DNA of 64,000 nucleotides, from positions 125,298-189,297 of the forward strand of contig JAHLWR010000006.1 of assembly GCA_019057815.1 (NCBI GenBank), in the 5' to 3' direction. This DNA comes from Candidatus Heimdallarchaeota archaeon (lineage in GTDB: Archaea > Asgardarchaeota > Heimdallarchaeia > Heimdallarchaeales > Heimdallarchaeaceae). Every line of letters starts with the position of its first letter. Within the stretch, counting starts at the first letter, position 1. Of this stretch, positions 10,043-19,574 are shown piece by piece. The position numbers and the translations under genes were made by a program. The notes beneath the pieces were generated by a model. The model did not search any database and was not told the origin of the DNA. It worked only from the letters and a program-made list of their open reading frames with translations.

Positions 10043-10438
10043 TTAGGAAACAAAATCACCTGGGACATATTTATTAGCAACCAACCACTGTACCTGGTTT
10101 TTACGGAAACGATGAACTAGCTCTCCTTTTTCATCAGGTTTCATCCCATATAGCGGCATGATTATAACTAAATCACCAATACGACACCACATACGTTTTC
10201 TGTACTTTCCTGGAATGCGAATTTGACGCGTAAATCCATCCATACATTTAACAAGTAGTATACTAGCACCAAGAATTTGTAATACAATACCAAAAACTTC
10301 TCCTTCCCCTGGCAACTGAGCTCTTATAGCATCTGAATCTTGAGTTACCCAGTCTGAACTAACTTTTCTATATCCCTTGCCTTTCGAAGGTTTTTTGCCT
10401 TTCTTGCCTTTCTTACCTTTCTTACCTTTTTTACTCAC
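10043..10438 (-). CDS. eif1a: Translation initiation factor aIF-1A with a Lys/Gly-rich N-terminal tail
   Basis: LPGEGEVFGIVLQILG...CMDG..RIPGKYRKRMW.RIGDLVI OB fold; synteny with rio1-dim2. Confidence 0.92.
   Translation of the reverse strand: MSKKGKKGKKGKKGKKPSKGKGYRKVSSDWVTQDSDAIRAQLPGEGEVFGIVLQILGASILLVKCMDGFTRQIRIPGKYRKRMWCRIGDLVIIMPLYGMKPDEKGELVHRFRKNQVQWLVANKYVPGDFVS
10391..10435 (-). repeat. Imperfect 9-bp tandem repeat encoding (KKG)x4
   Basis: Plus strand ttttttgcctttcttgcctttcttacctttcttaccttttttact, with synonymous variation between units. Confidence 0.85.
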
Positions 10439-10583
10439 ATGAAATCCTCATTTACTATTCTACTGATATTTTAAGAACTCGTCCTTAAAATACTTTTGTT
10501 CTATTAAGCGGAAATAATGAGTAAATAAAAACTATCTCATATGAGGAAAAACTTTAATGTTTAAACGATTAAACACAACTGCC

Positions 10584-10994
10584 ATGGAATACAAAGATTT
10601 GCTTGCAAGAGCAAGGAAACAACTGCCTGAAAAGGTATTTGAAAAATTCAGATTCGAGATTCCAAATGTTCAATCCGTAATCGAAGGAAACAAAACTTTC
10701 GTTGTTAATCTCAGAGACATTCTAGAGATCATCAATAGAGATGAAAATCACTTCCTTAAATTTCTAGCGGGAGAACTAGCTACATCAGTAACAGTAGAAG
10801 GTCATAGAGCTATTTTTGCAGGAAAACACGCTAAAGTTACTTTGCAAACATTACTTGAGCGTTATACAAAAGAATTTGTTATCTGTAATGAATGCACAAA
10901 GCCAGATACAATTCTTGAGTCACGTGATAGAATATTATGGAAAGTATGTCACGCTTGTGGCGCACAATCCGCAGTAAAACCCTTAAGAAAGTAA
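10584..10994 (+). CDS. eif2b: Translation initiation factor aIF-2 beta subunit (likely start ATG 10584)
   Basis: RFEIP, EGNKT, HFLKFLAGELAT and the Zn ribbon CNEC.KPDT...CHACGA. Confidence 0.95.
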   Translation: MEYKDLLARARKQLPEKVFEKFRFEIPNVQSVIEGNKTFVVNLRDILEIINRDENHFLKFLAGELATSVTVEGHRAIFAGKHAKVTLQTLLERYTKEFVICNECTKPDTILESRDRILWKVCHACGAQSAVKPLRK

Positions 10995-11022
10995 TATAAA
11001 ATCCCTTCAAGGTGTTATAATA

Positions 11023-11340
11023 ATGACTTCATTCTTTATGAAAGTACTTAATCAACGTGCAGAGCGCTTGATTACAGCATGTGATGAAGAAATAATGAAC
11101 ATACCCTTGATGTCTCATGGTGTTAAAATTTGTGCAACACCAAGATTTTATGGAAATGAGCTTGTTACAGAGTCTGAATTACTTGAGGAAATTAAAGAAT
11201 GTACTTCAGCTAATGTTATAGGTACACGTGTAATAGAATTGCTTCTCAAAAATAGAATGATACATAAAGATGCGATTCTATGGTTAGAATACTCAGATGA
11301 CAAAAAAAAGAAAGTGGGACATGCCATTATAATAAAGTGA
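11023..11340 (+). CDS. DUF424 family protein
   Basis: LITACDEEI, FYG, ANVIG and HA motifs; conserved position between aIF-2beta and NMD3. Confidence 0.85.
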   Translation: MTSFFMKVLNQRAERLITACDEEIMNIPLMSHGVKICATPRFYGNELVTESELLEEIKECTSANVIGTRVIELLLKNRMIHKDAILWLEYSDDKKKKVGHAIIIK

Positions 11341-12485
11341 ATGTACATTTCCTCAGAAAAAAAGGTGTAAAACTAATTTCAAGACAATTTTGTGCAATTT
11401 GCGGAACCTCCGAGGATCCTTTTGTTGACAATTTGTGTGAGACATGCTATAAAAAGGAGAAACCATTGGATGTTGAAACCGTCAAACAAGTTGAAGTGGA
11501 GTTATGCTCATCCTGTGGAACAATGAGAATCCAAGGAAAACGATTTGATCCTGAAGACTTTGCGAATATAGAGGAAGCTATAAGAGAAATAGTTAGAGGT
11601 GTAATTTTAGAAAAATTAAGGATTGATGGTCCTTACAAACATGATTATTCAGATGATATTGATGAAGAAAAAATTAATTATAAACGATTAAAGCGATTCA
11701 ATGTGTCGACAACCATTACTGCGAAACCGCTTGGAGAATTTGGTGAATTCACGGCTATTTTGGATACAAATGTAAACATTAGTCGAATGACTTGTGATAC
11801 TTGTTCAAAATATAAAGCTGGTTATTTTGAAGCAATTCTCCAGGTGAGGGGAGAAAATCGCCAAATTACTGAAAAGGAAGAAGCCAGACTAGAAGAACTA
11901 ATTAACATAATAATGAAAAAATATGAAGGCTCAAGAATGGCTTACATACTGGAGTATGATATTGATAAAAAAGGTATAACAGCTAAAATTAGTACCAAAA
12001 TGTTAGCAGAAGAATTGGCTAGAGCTATCAAACAGAAAACAGCAGGAAAATCTACAACTGCTTATGAATTGAAAACAAAAGCGAGAGATGGAACTGATGT
12101 TTATCAAAACACTTACTTAGTCAGATTACCTAAATATGCAATGGAAGATGTTATTGAATTCGAAAACGAAATTTGGGTGATTAGAGGTATAATAGAAAAC
12201 CAAATCAAATTAGAATCATTAGAGAATCATATAATCAAGAAATTTGATAGAAGAAGAGTGGAAACAAATGGGAGAAGAAGATTTTACCAAATTGTAGAAA
12301 GAAAGTTTATGGTGATATCCTTCAAAGGAAATCTGGCTACAATAATGGCTATGGATAATTATGAGAACTTTGAAGAGAAAATAGAAAAATTACCGAAAAG
12401 TGTTAAAGAAGGGCAAAGTGTCAAAGGTTTTCTTTATGAAGATAGAAATTATTACTTAACACTTATAGAATCTGAAGATGTCTGA
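11337..12485 (+). CDS. nmd3: NMD3 large-subunit maturation factor with a C-terminal eIF5A-like OB domain
   Basis: FCAICG, LCETC, CSSCG, CDTC and YFEAILQVRG; C-terminal VISFKGNLATIMAMDNYENFE. Confidence 0.92.
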   Translation: MNVHFLRKKGVKLISRQFCAICGTSEDPFVDNLCETCYKKEKPLDVETVKQVEVELCSSCGTMRIQGKRFDPEDFANIEEAIREIVRGVILEKLRIDGPYKHDYSDDIDEEKINYKRLKRFNVSTTITAKPLGEFGEFTAILDTNVNISRMTCDTCSKYKAGYFEAILQVRGENRQITEKEEARLEELINIIMKKYEGSRMAYILEYDIDKKGITAKISTKMLAEELARAIKQKTAGKSTTAYELKTKARDGTDVYQNTYLVRLPKYAMEDVIEFENEIWVIRGIIENQIKLESLENHIIKKFDRRRVETNGRRRFYQIVERKFMVISFKGNLATIMAMDNYENFEEKIEKLPKSVKEGQSVKGFLYEDRNYYLTLIESEDV

Positions 12486-12590
12486 TTTAAAACATAGAAC
12501 ATCCTCTTCTTTTTGATTCTATGTGAGTTGATTTATAGGAATTATTTCTTCTAGGAATAATTAAAATATCTAATATTGTTAATATAATTA

Positions 12591-13535
12591 ATGAATGAAA
12601 ACAAAACCATTGAAGAGAAGATAGTAACTACAATAAAAGGGCATAAATCTCAAGTAAACGACATCTTTACAGATAAAAATTTTGTATACTCTGGTTCAAA
12701 AGACGGTTTCATTAAGGTATGGGACAAAAAGAAATGGGACGAGAAACATTCTATCTCTGTTGGAAGATGGTGGATAAATTCTATTGTTGTTGATTCACAA
12801 CATGTTTTCATTGGCTCAAGTGATGCTGTAGTTAGTGTTTTTGATAAAAAAAATTGGAAAGATGTAGCAAATTTTAAACATTCAAGATTTTCAACTATCA
12901 ATTCAATTTCTATTGATAAAACCTATGTATTTGTTGCTTTAAACGATAGAACAATAAGAATTTGGAACCGTGAAAATTGTGAAGAAGAGCACAAATTGAA
13001 GCATAAAGCTATTGTTCAATCAGTGTTCTCCAATACTAAGAATCTTTACGTTGCTTTAAGTAATGGAATGGTAAATATTTGGAATAAAAAATCTTGGTCA
13101 CTTGAATATACAATACAGCACTCAACCTTTCGAACATTACATTCCATTGCAATTGATAAGAGTTTTATTTTTACAGCAACAAGTAAGGAAATAAAAGTAT
13201 GGGATAAGAAAACAAAAAATTTAGTTGTTAAATTAGATGGAATGAAAGGAATAAAATCAATAATTATTGATGCAGATTATGTTTTTGTGGGATCTAGCGA
13301 TAAATTCATCAGAATCTGGGATAAAAATAGTTGGAATGAAATTCAGCGACTAAAACCCACTAGTAAAATAACCTCTTTGTGTGTTGATGATTTGTATGTG
13401 TATTCTGGAGATTCTAAAGGGTTCATTACAGTTTGGAAGCATCCTTTATATGATCGAAAAATGAAGCAAAAAGAAACAAAGACGACTAAAAAATCTCCAA
13501 CAAAGAAGAAAGTAAAGAAAAAAGAGGAAACTTAG
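12591..13535 (+). CDS. WD40-repeat beta-propeller protein (~7 blades) with a Lys-rich tail
   Basis: Seven ~40-aa repeats ending IKVWD/VSVFD/IRIWN/VNIWN/IKVWD/IRIWD/ITVWK. Confidence 0.93.
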   Translation: MNENKTIEEKIVTTIKGHKSQVNDIFTDKNFVYSGSKDGFIKVWDKKKWDEKHSISVGRWWINSIVVDSQHVFIGSSDAVVSVFDKKNWKDVANFKHSRFSTINSISIDKTYVFVALNDRTIRIWNRENCEEEHKLKHKAIVQSVFSNTKNLYVALSNGMVNIWNKKSWSLEYTIQHSTFRTLHSIAIDKSFIFTATSKEIKVWDKKTKNLVVKLDGMKGIKSIIIDADYVFVGSSDKFIRIWDKNSWNEIQRLKPTSKITSLCVDDLYVYSGDSKGFITVWKHPLYDRKMKQKETKTTKKSPTKKKVKKKEET

Positions 13536-13642
13536 AAAATCATTAGATGTCTACTTTTCAACTTTTCACTGATGTAGAGCAAATTTTAAGAGATGTTCAA
13601 AAATATAAGGAGATATACTATTAAGAATAGATAATTAAATCA

Positions 13643-15109
13643 GTGGTGCTTAGTATTTCAGCTAGTGCAATAATAATTTCTATCTGCTTTATTGTTGTTA
13701 TAGTTATTATTTTCACTGAAAAAATAAATAGGGCAGTTGTTACTATTACTGCGGCTTTAATTACTTACTTTACTTTAATATTCATAGAACATCTTGAGTT
13801 TTCAACACTCGTTGATTTATTAATTGGAACAAAAGATGATGGTTTTGTAAATTTACATACACTAATTTTGATTGTGGGGATGATGTTCATTGTACAGATT
13901 TCTGATGAAGCAGGTCTTTTTCAATTCATCGGAGTTCTTGCAATAAAAATGTCAAAAGGAAAACCAATAGCTTTAATGGCAATATTGTGCACTTTATCTA
14001 CGGTTTTTTCTGCTGTTATAAGTAATATTTTAGCTGTTATGATTCTAATACCTCTTACTATAACAATATCAAGAATGCTGAATATTGATCCGACACCTTT
14101 TATCTTAACAGAAGCTATAATGGTTAATGTCGGTGGAACCTTCTTTTCTATTTCATCAATACCTAATATATTAATTGTGACTGATACTGGAATTAGTTTC
14201 AATGAATTCTTTATCAACGTTGGGTTGTTTTCATTGCTTGTAGCTGGTTTAACACTGTTATTTTTTATTTTTCTCTATAAAAAAGAATTGAAACCCCCTA
14301 CAAAAGGCATGGTTAGTACTTTAAAAGAATTCAATGTTTGGAACTTTGTGCAGAATCGTCGTTTATTATATGCGTCAATGTGTTCTATAGTTGTTCTTAT
14401 GATTTCATTCGTTGCTATTCCTTCCGATATTATTCCTCCTGATATTATCGCATTAACAATTGCTATGTTTCTAACACTTTTTAGCACTTTTAATGGTTTA
14501 AACCCAAAAACAATAATACAAAAATTTGATTTTGAATTGCTCTTCTATCTATTAGGAATTTTTGTGGTTGCAGGAGGGCTAGAAGTTACTGGAGTAATTG
14601 ACATTATTGGAGGAGCTCTGTTCAGGATTGGTGCTATAAGCCCCTTCCTTAATGTAATAGTAATAATATGGGCTGCTGCGTTTCTAAGTTCCTTAATTGA
14701 TAATATTCCAATAACAAAAATTATGATCCCAGTCGTGGGGCTTATGTCAGACCCTAAAACTTCAACTCCAAATCAAAATTATTACGCACTAAGTTTTGGA
14801 GCTAATTGGGGAGATAATTTAACACCAATGGGTGACAATATTTTAGTTATGAATATAGCTGAACAACATAAACGACCTATAAAAATGAAGGCTTTTTGGA
14901 AATTAGGTTTTACAACTACAATTGTCCAACTAATTTTAGTAACAATCTATTACACTGTAATCTATTATACAATCATTGGAATTACAATAATATTGACTAT
15001 AATTATCCTACTTGGAACAGTTTTTATATTTTCAAAGTATGGTAATGAACAGACAAAAAGAATAATTGAAAAAACCTTTGCAAAATTTAGAACTAAAGTA
15101 ATAGGGTAG
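13643..15109 (+). CDS. ArsB/NhaD/SLC13 (IT superfamily, P-protein-like) anion or Na+/H+ transporter
   Basis: ~12-13 TM segments; TLILIVGMM, SAVISN, NVGG...SIPNI, SSLIDNIP and GANWGDNLTPMG. Confidence 0.85.
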   Translation: MVLSISASAIIISICFIVVIVIIFTEKINRAVVTITAALITYFTLIFIEHLEFSTLVDLLIGTKDDGFVNLHTLILIVGMMFIVQISDEAGLFQFIGVLAIKMSKGKPIALMAILCTLSTVFSAVISNILAVMILIPLTITISRMLNIDPTPFILTEAIMVNVGGTFFSISSIPNILIVTDTGISFNEFFINVGLFSLLVAGLTLLFFIFLYKKELKPPTKGMVSTLKEFNVWNFVQNRRLLYASMCSIVVLMISFVAIPSDIIPPDIIALTIAMFLTLFSTFNGLNPKTIIQKFDFELLFYLLGIFVVAGGLEVTGVIDIIGGALFRIGAISPFLNVIVIIWAAAFLSSLIDNIPITKIMIPVVGLMSDPKTSTPNQNYYALSFGANWGDNLTPMGDNILVMNIAEQHKRPIKMKAFWKLGFTTTIVQLILVTIYYTVIYYTIIGITIILTIIILLGTVFIFSKYGNEQTKRIIEKTFAKFRTKVIG

Positions 15110-15117
15110 AAACAAAG

Positions 15118-16806
15118 ATGATGGTAATAAAGACTATTGAAAGAATTAAGAAAACCTTACCTGAAGTTGAACACGTAATTCTATTTTATAATGATGGTAC
15201 AGTTTACCAAACAACGTTTGAACAATTCGAAGAATCGGTCAATATACCTAAACTTGGTGAGAATCTATCTGAATTACTCACACATTTACGTACGTTATAT
15301 TCACTTAGTAATTATAAGTTCAAGGGCTTTAATCAACTCCTATTTAATACAGATGATATAAGTGTTTTAATTATAAAACTAGGTGAAGATAGTAACCTTG
15401 CGCTATTTTACCGAACAACCATGGAGAAAGAAGAACTTCAACTAGAATCTATTCAACGTTATCTTGTTAGGATTCAAAAGTTGACAGATATTGGAAGAAT
15501 AGAATTAATAGAACGAGAAATAAAGGCTAATAAAAAGTTTCTTAAGGAGTTACACGGTGAATTAGATAAAAAATTAGAAAAACATAAATCTATACAGAGT
15601 CTGCTGGTAGTATCAACAAATGATCAGAACAACATTGAAAAAATTGAGCAAGATATAGAAGATATAACAATTGAAATTACAAAAAAAGAGAGTGAAGAAT
15701 ACCTAAAAGATGAACAAATAGAAAAATTAAATGAAAAGTTAAAATCAGAAAAGGAGCAAATTCAGTTAGTTATTCAAGAAATAAAGCTTAAAAAGGAGAA
15801 TGTAAGAGATTTAAACAAAAGCTTAAAAGAAAGAAGACAAAAGCTAAGAAACTTAGAAAACATACTTGATGAGGAAAAAGAAGAAGATAAAATCAAGAAG
15901 AATATTGAGGAAATCGAAGTTCTAGAAAGCGATATTGAAAAAGCTAAAACGCAAAAGAAAGAGGAAGAAGCCCAATTAGAATCTCTACAGATAAAATTAG
16001 AGGAAGAGGAAAAAAGAATAGTTCAAGCAATTCAATCAAAAAAGGATTTAGAAAAGGAAAAGCAAGAACTATATAAGGAATTGGAAGAGAAAATAGAGAA
16101 TGAGAGGAAACTCAAAATCAAGATTGAATTGAAAAAAGATGATGATAAGCTTGAAGAAGTAGAAGGTGAAAAAATAGAACGCTTAAAACTACATATGAAA
16201 GAAGTTAAGGATAGTGCCGCTGAAAAAAATGAACAAATAAAAGATTTGAAAACAAGAGTGGAAGACATAGAAAAGAAAATTGAAAAAATTAAAAAAGACG
16301 AATGTAATCGATTAAGAGACAAAGAAGACTTAGAAAAATGTATTGAAAATGTAAATGAGAAATTGCTAGATTTAAAAACACAACTAGAAGAAGTAGAAGT
16401 AAACGAGAAAAAAGCGAATAAATTAGAGAAGGAAATAGAGAAATGCAATGACGAAATAAAAAATTATCAAGAAACTGTTAGGCATAACGAAAAAACCGAA
16501 CCAAAGGCGAAGGAGCAATTAAGTGAGTTGCAGGATCAAGTGGAGAAGGAAAGAGGGAGAATAAATCGAGCAGAGCAAGAAGTAGATCTTAAAGATAAAC
16601 AAATACAAGAATTATATCGACAAGTAGAAGCAGAAATAGAAATACAGAAAGTTCTTATCGATAGACAAGATAAAGAAAGTGAATATAGGAAATCTCGAAA
16701 AATATCAGAAGAAATAGATGATTTGAATAATGAGATTAAAACTGTGAGAGAGGCTATAAAAACTAATCTTGAAGAAATAGAAGAATTGGAAAAGAAATTA
16801 GAATAG
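15118..16806 (+). CDS. N-terminal roadblock/longin-like domain fused to a ~440-aa coiled coil
   Basis: First ~115 aa show an alpha-beta-beta-alpha-beta-beta-beta pattern (HVILFYNDG; QLLFNTDDISVLIIKL..LALF); the rest is E/K-rich heptads. Confidence 0.6.
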   Translation: MMVIKTIERIKKTLPEVEHVILFYNDGTVYQTTFEQFEESVNIPKLGENLSELLTHLRTLYSLSNYKFKGFNQLLFNTDDISVLIIKLGEDSNLALFYRTTMEKEELQLESIQRYLVRIQKLTDIGRIELIEREIKANKKFLKELHGELDKKLEKHKSIQSLLVVSTNDQNNIEKIEQDIEDITIEITKKESEEYLKDEQIEKLNEKLKSEKEQIQLVIQEIKLKKENVRDLNKSLKERRQKLRNLENILDEEKEEDKIKKNIEEIEVLESDIEKAKTQKKEEEAQLESLQIKLEEEEKRIVQAIQSKKDLEKEKQELYKELEEKIENERKLKIKIELKKDDDKLEEVEGEKIERLKLHMKEVKDSAAEKNEQIKDLKTRVEDIEKKIEKIKKDECNRLRDKEDLEKCIENVNEKLLDLKTQLEEVEVNEKKANKLEKEIEKCNDEIKNYQETVRHNEKTEPKAKEQLSELQDQVEKERGRINRAEQEVDLKDKQIQELYRQVEAEIEIQKVLIDRQDKESEYRKSRKISEEIDDLNNEIKTVREAIKTNLEEIEELEKKLE

Positions 16807-16901
16807 GTTAACAAAAATTAAGATTTCTTTCAAAGTACTTTTTAAGATTATTATGAATAACAATGTTTTTTACTATTATCTAGTTCTATTCTTAGATTGC
16901 A

Positions 16902-18701
16902 ATGAGCGAAAAAGAGGATATTTCGTGGGATTTAACTGGTATGTTCTCCAGTACTGAAGACCCTGAAATCAATGAAACGATGGAAACTCTAGCAAAACGC
17001 GCAGATGATTTCATAATAAAATACAAAGGAAAAATTTCAACTCAAGGTTTTGCTGCAGAAGATATGTTGAAATTAATCAGTGAATATGAAGATTTCCTTG
17101 CTGATTTGTTCGAAGTAAATCAATTTGCAAGTCTTTCCTTCTCAGCAAATATGACAATAAAAGAAAACCAAGTTTTGTATAACAAATCAAGGGATTTTTC
17201 AACTACAATACAAAAAAAATTGACATTCATCGACCTTGAAATTGGACAGCTCTTATGCGATAAGGAAGATATGATTTCTGACCCTAAAATGGGTGATTAT
17301 AAGCACTATCTTGAGAAATTAAGTAGAAAACACACATACAAATTGTCAGAGGTTGAAGAACAGCTAGTTCTCGAAAAAGATAGGTATGGAGTGCAGGGTT
17401 GGCATGAAATACAAAGCAAATGGTTGAATACCAGAATGTTCGAAGTTGAAGTCGAAGGCGAACTCAAAAAACTACCTTATGGTGAGGCAAATGGTTTACT
17501 TAATCATCCTAATAGAGCAACGAGAAGATCAGCGAATAAATCAATATATGGCTTGTTGGGAAAAGATGAAGAAATTTTTTCAACTGCTATTAGGAATATT
17601 TGTGGAGATTGGGTAACTATTGCTAAAAGAAGAAAATATCCTTCGCAAATGGAACAAAGTCTTTCAGCTAATGATGTAGATCAAGAAACCATCGATAATT
17701 TGATGAAAGCTATCGAAGATCATGTAGTTCTATATCAAAGATATCTAAAATTAAAAGCAAAAATTATGAACCTACCAAAACTCAGTTGTGAGGACGTAAT
17801 TGCTCCTTTACCTGATGCTCCACCAACAACTTACACATGGGAAAAAGCTCAGGAACTCGTCAAGAAAGCTTATGGGAATTTTGATGAATCGTTCTTAGAA
17901 GTCGCAAAAGAAATGTTTGAAAAGAGCCATATAGATGCAAGACCAAGATTCGGAAAAAGGAATGGAGCCTTTTGTTCAACATGGTATAAGGGTAAAACTT
18001 CTTTCATTTTACAGACTTTTACGGGGACGCTGGCAAACATCTACACATTAGCTCATGAATTAGGACATGCAGTACATGGGTATAAGGTAACGAGAAACCA
18101 AACAATAGTAAACGCAAGGTATCCAATGGTAGCAGCAGAAACAGCTTCAATATTTGGAGAGTTATTGTTAACACGGCTTTTGCTAAGTGAAGCCGAAACT
18201 AAAGAAGAGAAGAAAACCATTCTTTCAAGAGTTCTGGACGGAGCGGGAATGGCACTCTTTCAAGTGAGTTCAAGATTGTGGTTTGAACAGAGTATGTACG
18301 ATGCAATAGAAAAAGGACAATTTTTGGATGGTAAGACCATATCCAAACTATGGCTGGCAGGGCGAGATAAGGTATATGGAGACGCAGTAGAGTGGTTTGA
18401 GGAAATGGATTGGGAATGGACAATGAAAGGGCATTATTACATGCCTAACTTCAGATTCTACAATTATCCATATGTATTTGGGCAACTGTTTACCTATGCA
18501 CTCTATCAAGTATATCAAAAAGAAGGAGAAGCATTCATTCCAAAATTCAATGCGATGTTGGAAGCAGGAGGAAGTAAGTCGCCAAAAAAAATGGCTGAAA
18601 TGGTAGGATTAGATATAACAAAACCCGAGTTTTGGTCGCTAGGAATGAAACAATATGAATATTTTGTAAACGAACTAGAAAAGTTAGTAGAAGATAATTA
18701 A
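16902..18701 (+). CDS. pepF: Oligoendopeptidase F (peptidase M3B)
   Basis: WDL N-terminus, GKRNGAFC, TLAHELGHAVH, AETASIFGE and FYNYPYVFG. Confidence 0.93.
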   Translation: MSEKEDISWDLTGMFSSTEDPEINETMETLAKRADDFIIKYKGKISTQGFAAEDMLKLISEYEDFLADLFEVNQFASLSFSANMTIKENQVLYNKSRDFSTTIQKKLTFIDLEIGQLLCDKEDMISDPKMGDYKHYLEKLSRKHTYKLSEVEEQLVLEKDRYGVQGWHEIQSKWLNTRMFEVEVEGELKKLPYGEANGLLNHPNRATRRSANKSIYGLLGKDEEIFSTAIRNICGDWVTIAKRRKYPSQMEQSLSANDVDQETIDNLMKAIEDHVVLYQRYLKLKAKIMNLPKLSCEDVIAPLPDAPPTTYTWEKAQELVKKAYGNFDESFLEVAKEMFEKSHIDARPRFGKRNGAFCSTWYKGKTSFILQTFTGTLANIYTLAHELGHAVHGYKVTRNQTIVNARYPMVAAETASIFGELLLTRLLLSEAETKEEKKTILSRVLDGAGMALFQVSSRLWFEQSMYDAIEKGQFLDGKTISKLWLAGRDKVYGDAVEWFEEMDWEWTMKGHYYMPNFRFYNYPYVFGQLFTYALYQVYQKEGEAFIPKFNAMLEAGGSKSPKKMAEMVGLDITKPEFWSLGMKQYEYFVNELEKLVEDN

Positions 18702-18902
18702 TATCAGTTGTCTCTTTACTATCATTTTGATAACAAAAGAACATGGATTATCTTAAAGGTACAATAAAGGCAAGAATATTGATAATGAGATTTTGTCGTT
18801 GTGTTCTTAGAATCAGCTTCCTAGGGGTGCTAGTAATGCTAGTATCATTTCAAGAACAAACTATTTAAGACAATTAGCTATTAATTTATTAGGTGTTATT
18901 GA

Positions 18903-19481
18903 GTGGATTTTGAACAAGAAAATAACAAAGAAAAAATAGTTGAGAACCTTATAGTTAGTATTAACAATGATCTTGACGATGGTCAACTAAAAGAAATTTT
19001 ACAAGAAATTATAAATGAGGATGAAAAGGTTGTTTTACAATTTTCAAAGCAAATAGCAACTAAAATTGATCAAATAAGTAATCTTGACAAAATTGGTTTT
19101 TGTCTTTCCGTTCTTAGTTTAAAAAGTAAGTTGGTATCCTTTTCTGTAGTCAATAATATTGATATTGAAATACTAAAAAATAAAATAGATCAAAATAACA
19201 TTTTTAGAATAAGAGACTTAATAATCGCAATAATTAAGATAAGTGAGGAAATAGCCTTACAATTAGTAGGGAATTTGGCTAGGAGAATCGATCAAACGAA
19301 AGACATGGTGGCTATAGCTTACTGTATTTGCGATATTGAGAAAGTGAGTGAAAAGGTAGCATATGCACTAGTTGACCAAATAGACTTTGAACGTAACTTG
19401 AAGATGATGAAAGGGAAGGGAGATATTGAACATTTATCTAATCATAAAGGTGGTCACTACTATGTAAGATTTACTGAATAA
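18903..19481 (+). CDS. Hypothetical alpha-helical repeat protein
   Basis: Three repeats of ~35-40 aa marked by KIDQ/KIDQ/RIDQ; SD-like AGGTG before the GTG start. Confidence 0.6.
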   Translation: MDFEQENNKEKIVENLIVSINNDLDDGQLKEILQEIINEDEKVVLQFSKQIATKIDQISNLDKIGFCLSVLSLKSKLVSFSVVNNIDIEILKNKIDQNNIFRIRDLIIAIIKISEEIALQLVGNLARRIDQTKDMVAIAYCICDIEKVSEKVAYALVDQIDFERNLKMMKGKGDIEHLSNHKGGHYYVRFTE

Positions 19482-19499
19482 TTAAAGAAATAAATTTTT

Positions 19500-19574
19500 A
19501 ATTAAATATAATTTTAAGGGAGTAATTTAGAAAAAGAGGGTGAGAAGAAAATAAAAAGATATATTCTTTTAGTA
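19500..19574 (-). terminator. Probable oligo-T terminator region for the giant operon, in the convergent gap
   Basis: Minus strand reads ATCTTTTTATTTTCTTCTCACCCTCTTTTTCT just after the 19575 stop; archaeal-type U-tract. Confidence 0.4.

Noticed and set aside
15118-16806. SMC/Rad50 assignment for the coiled-coil protein
   Set aside because: No Walker A/B, signature motif, hinge or Zn-hook.
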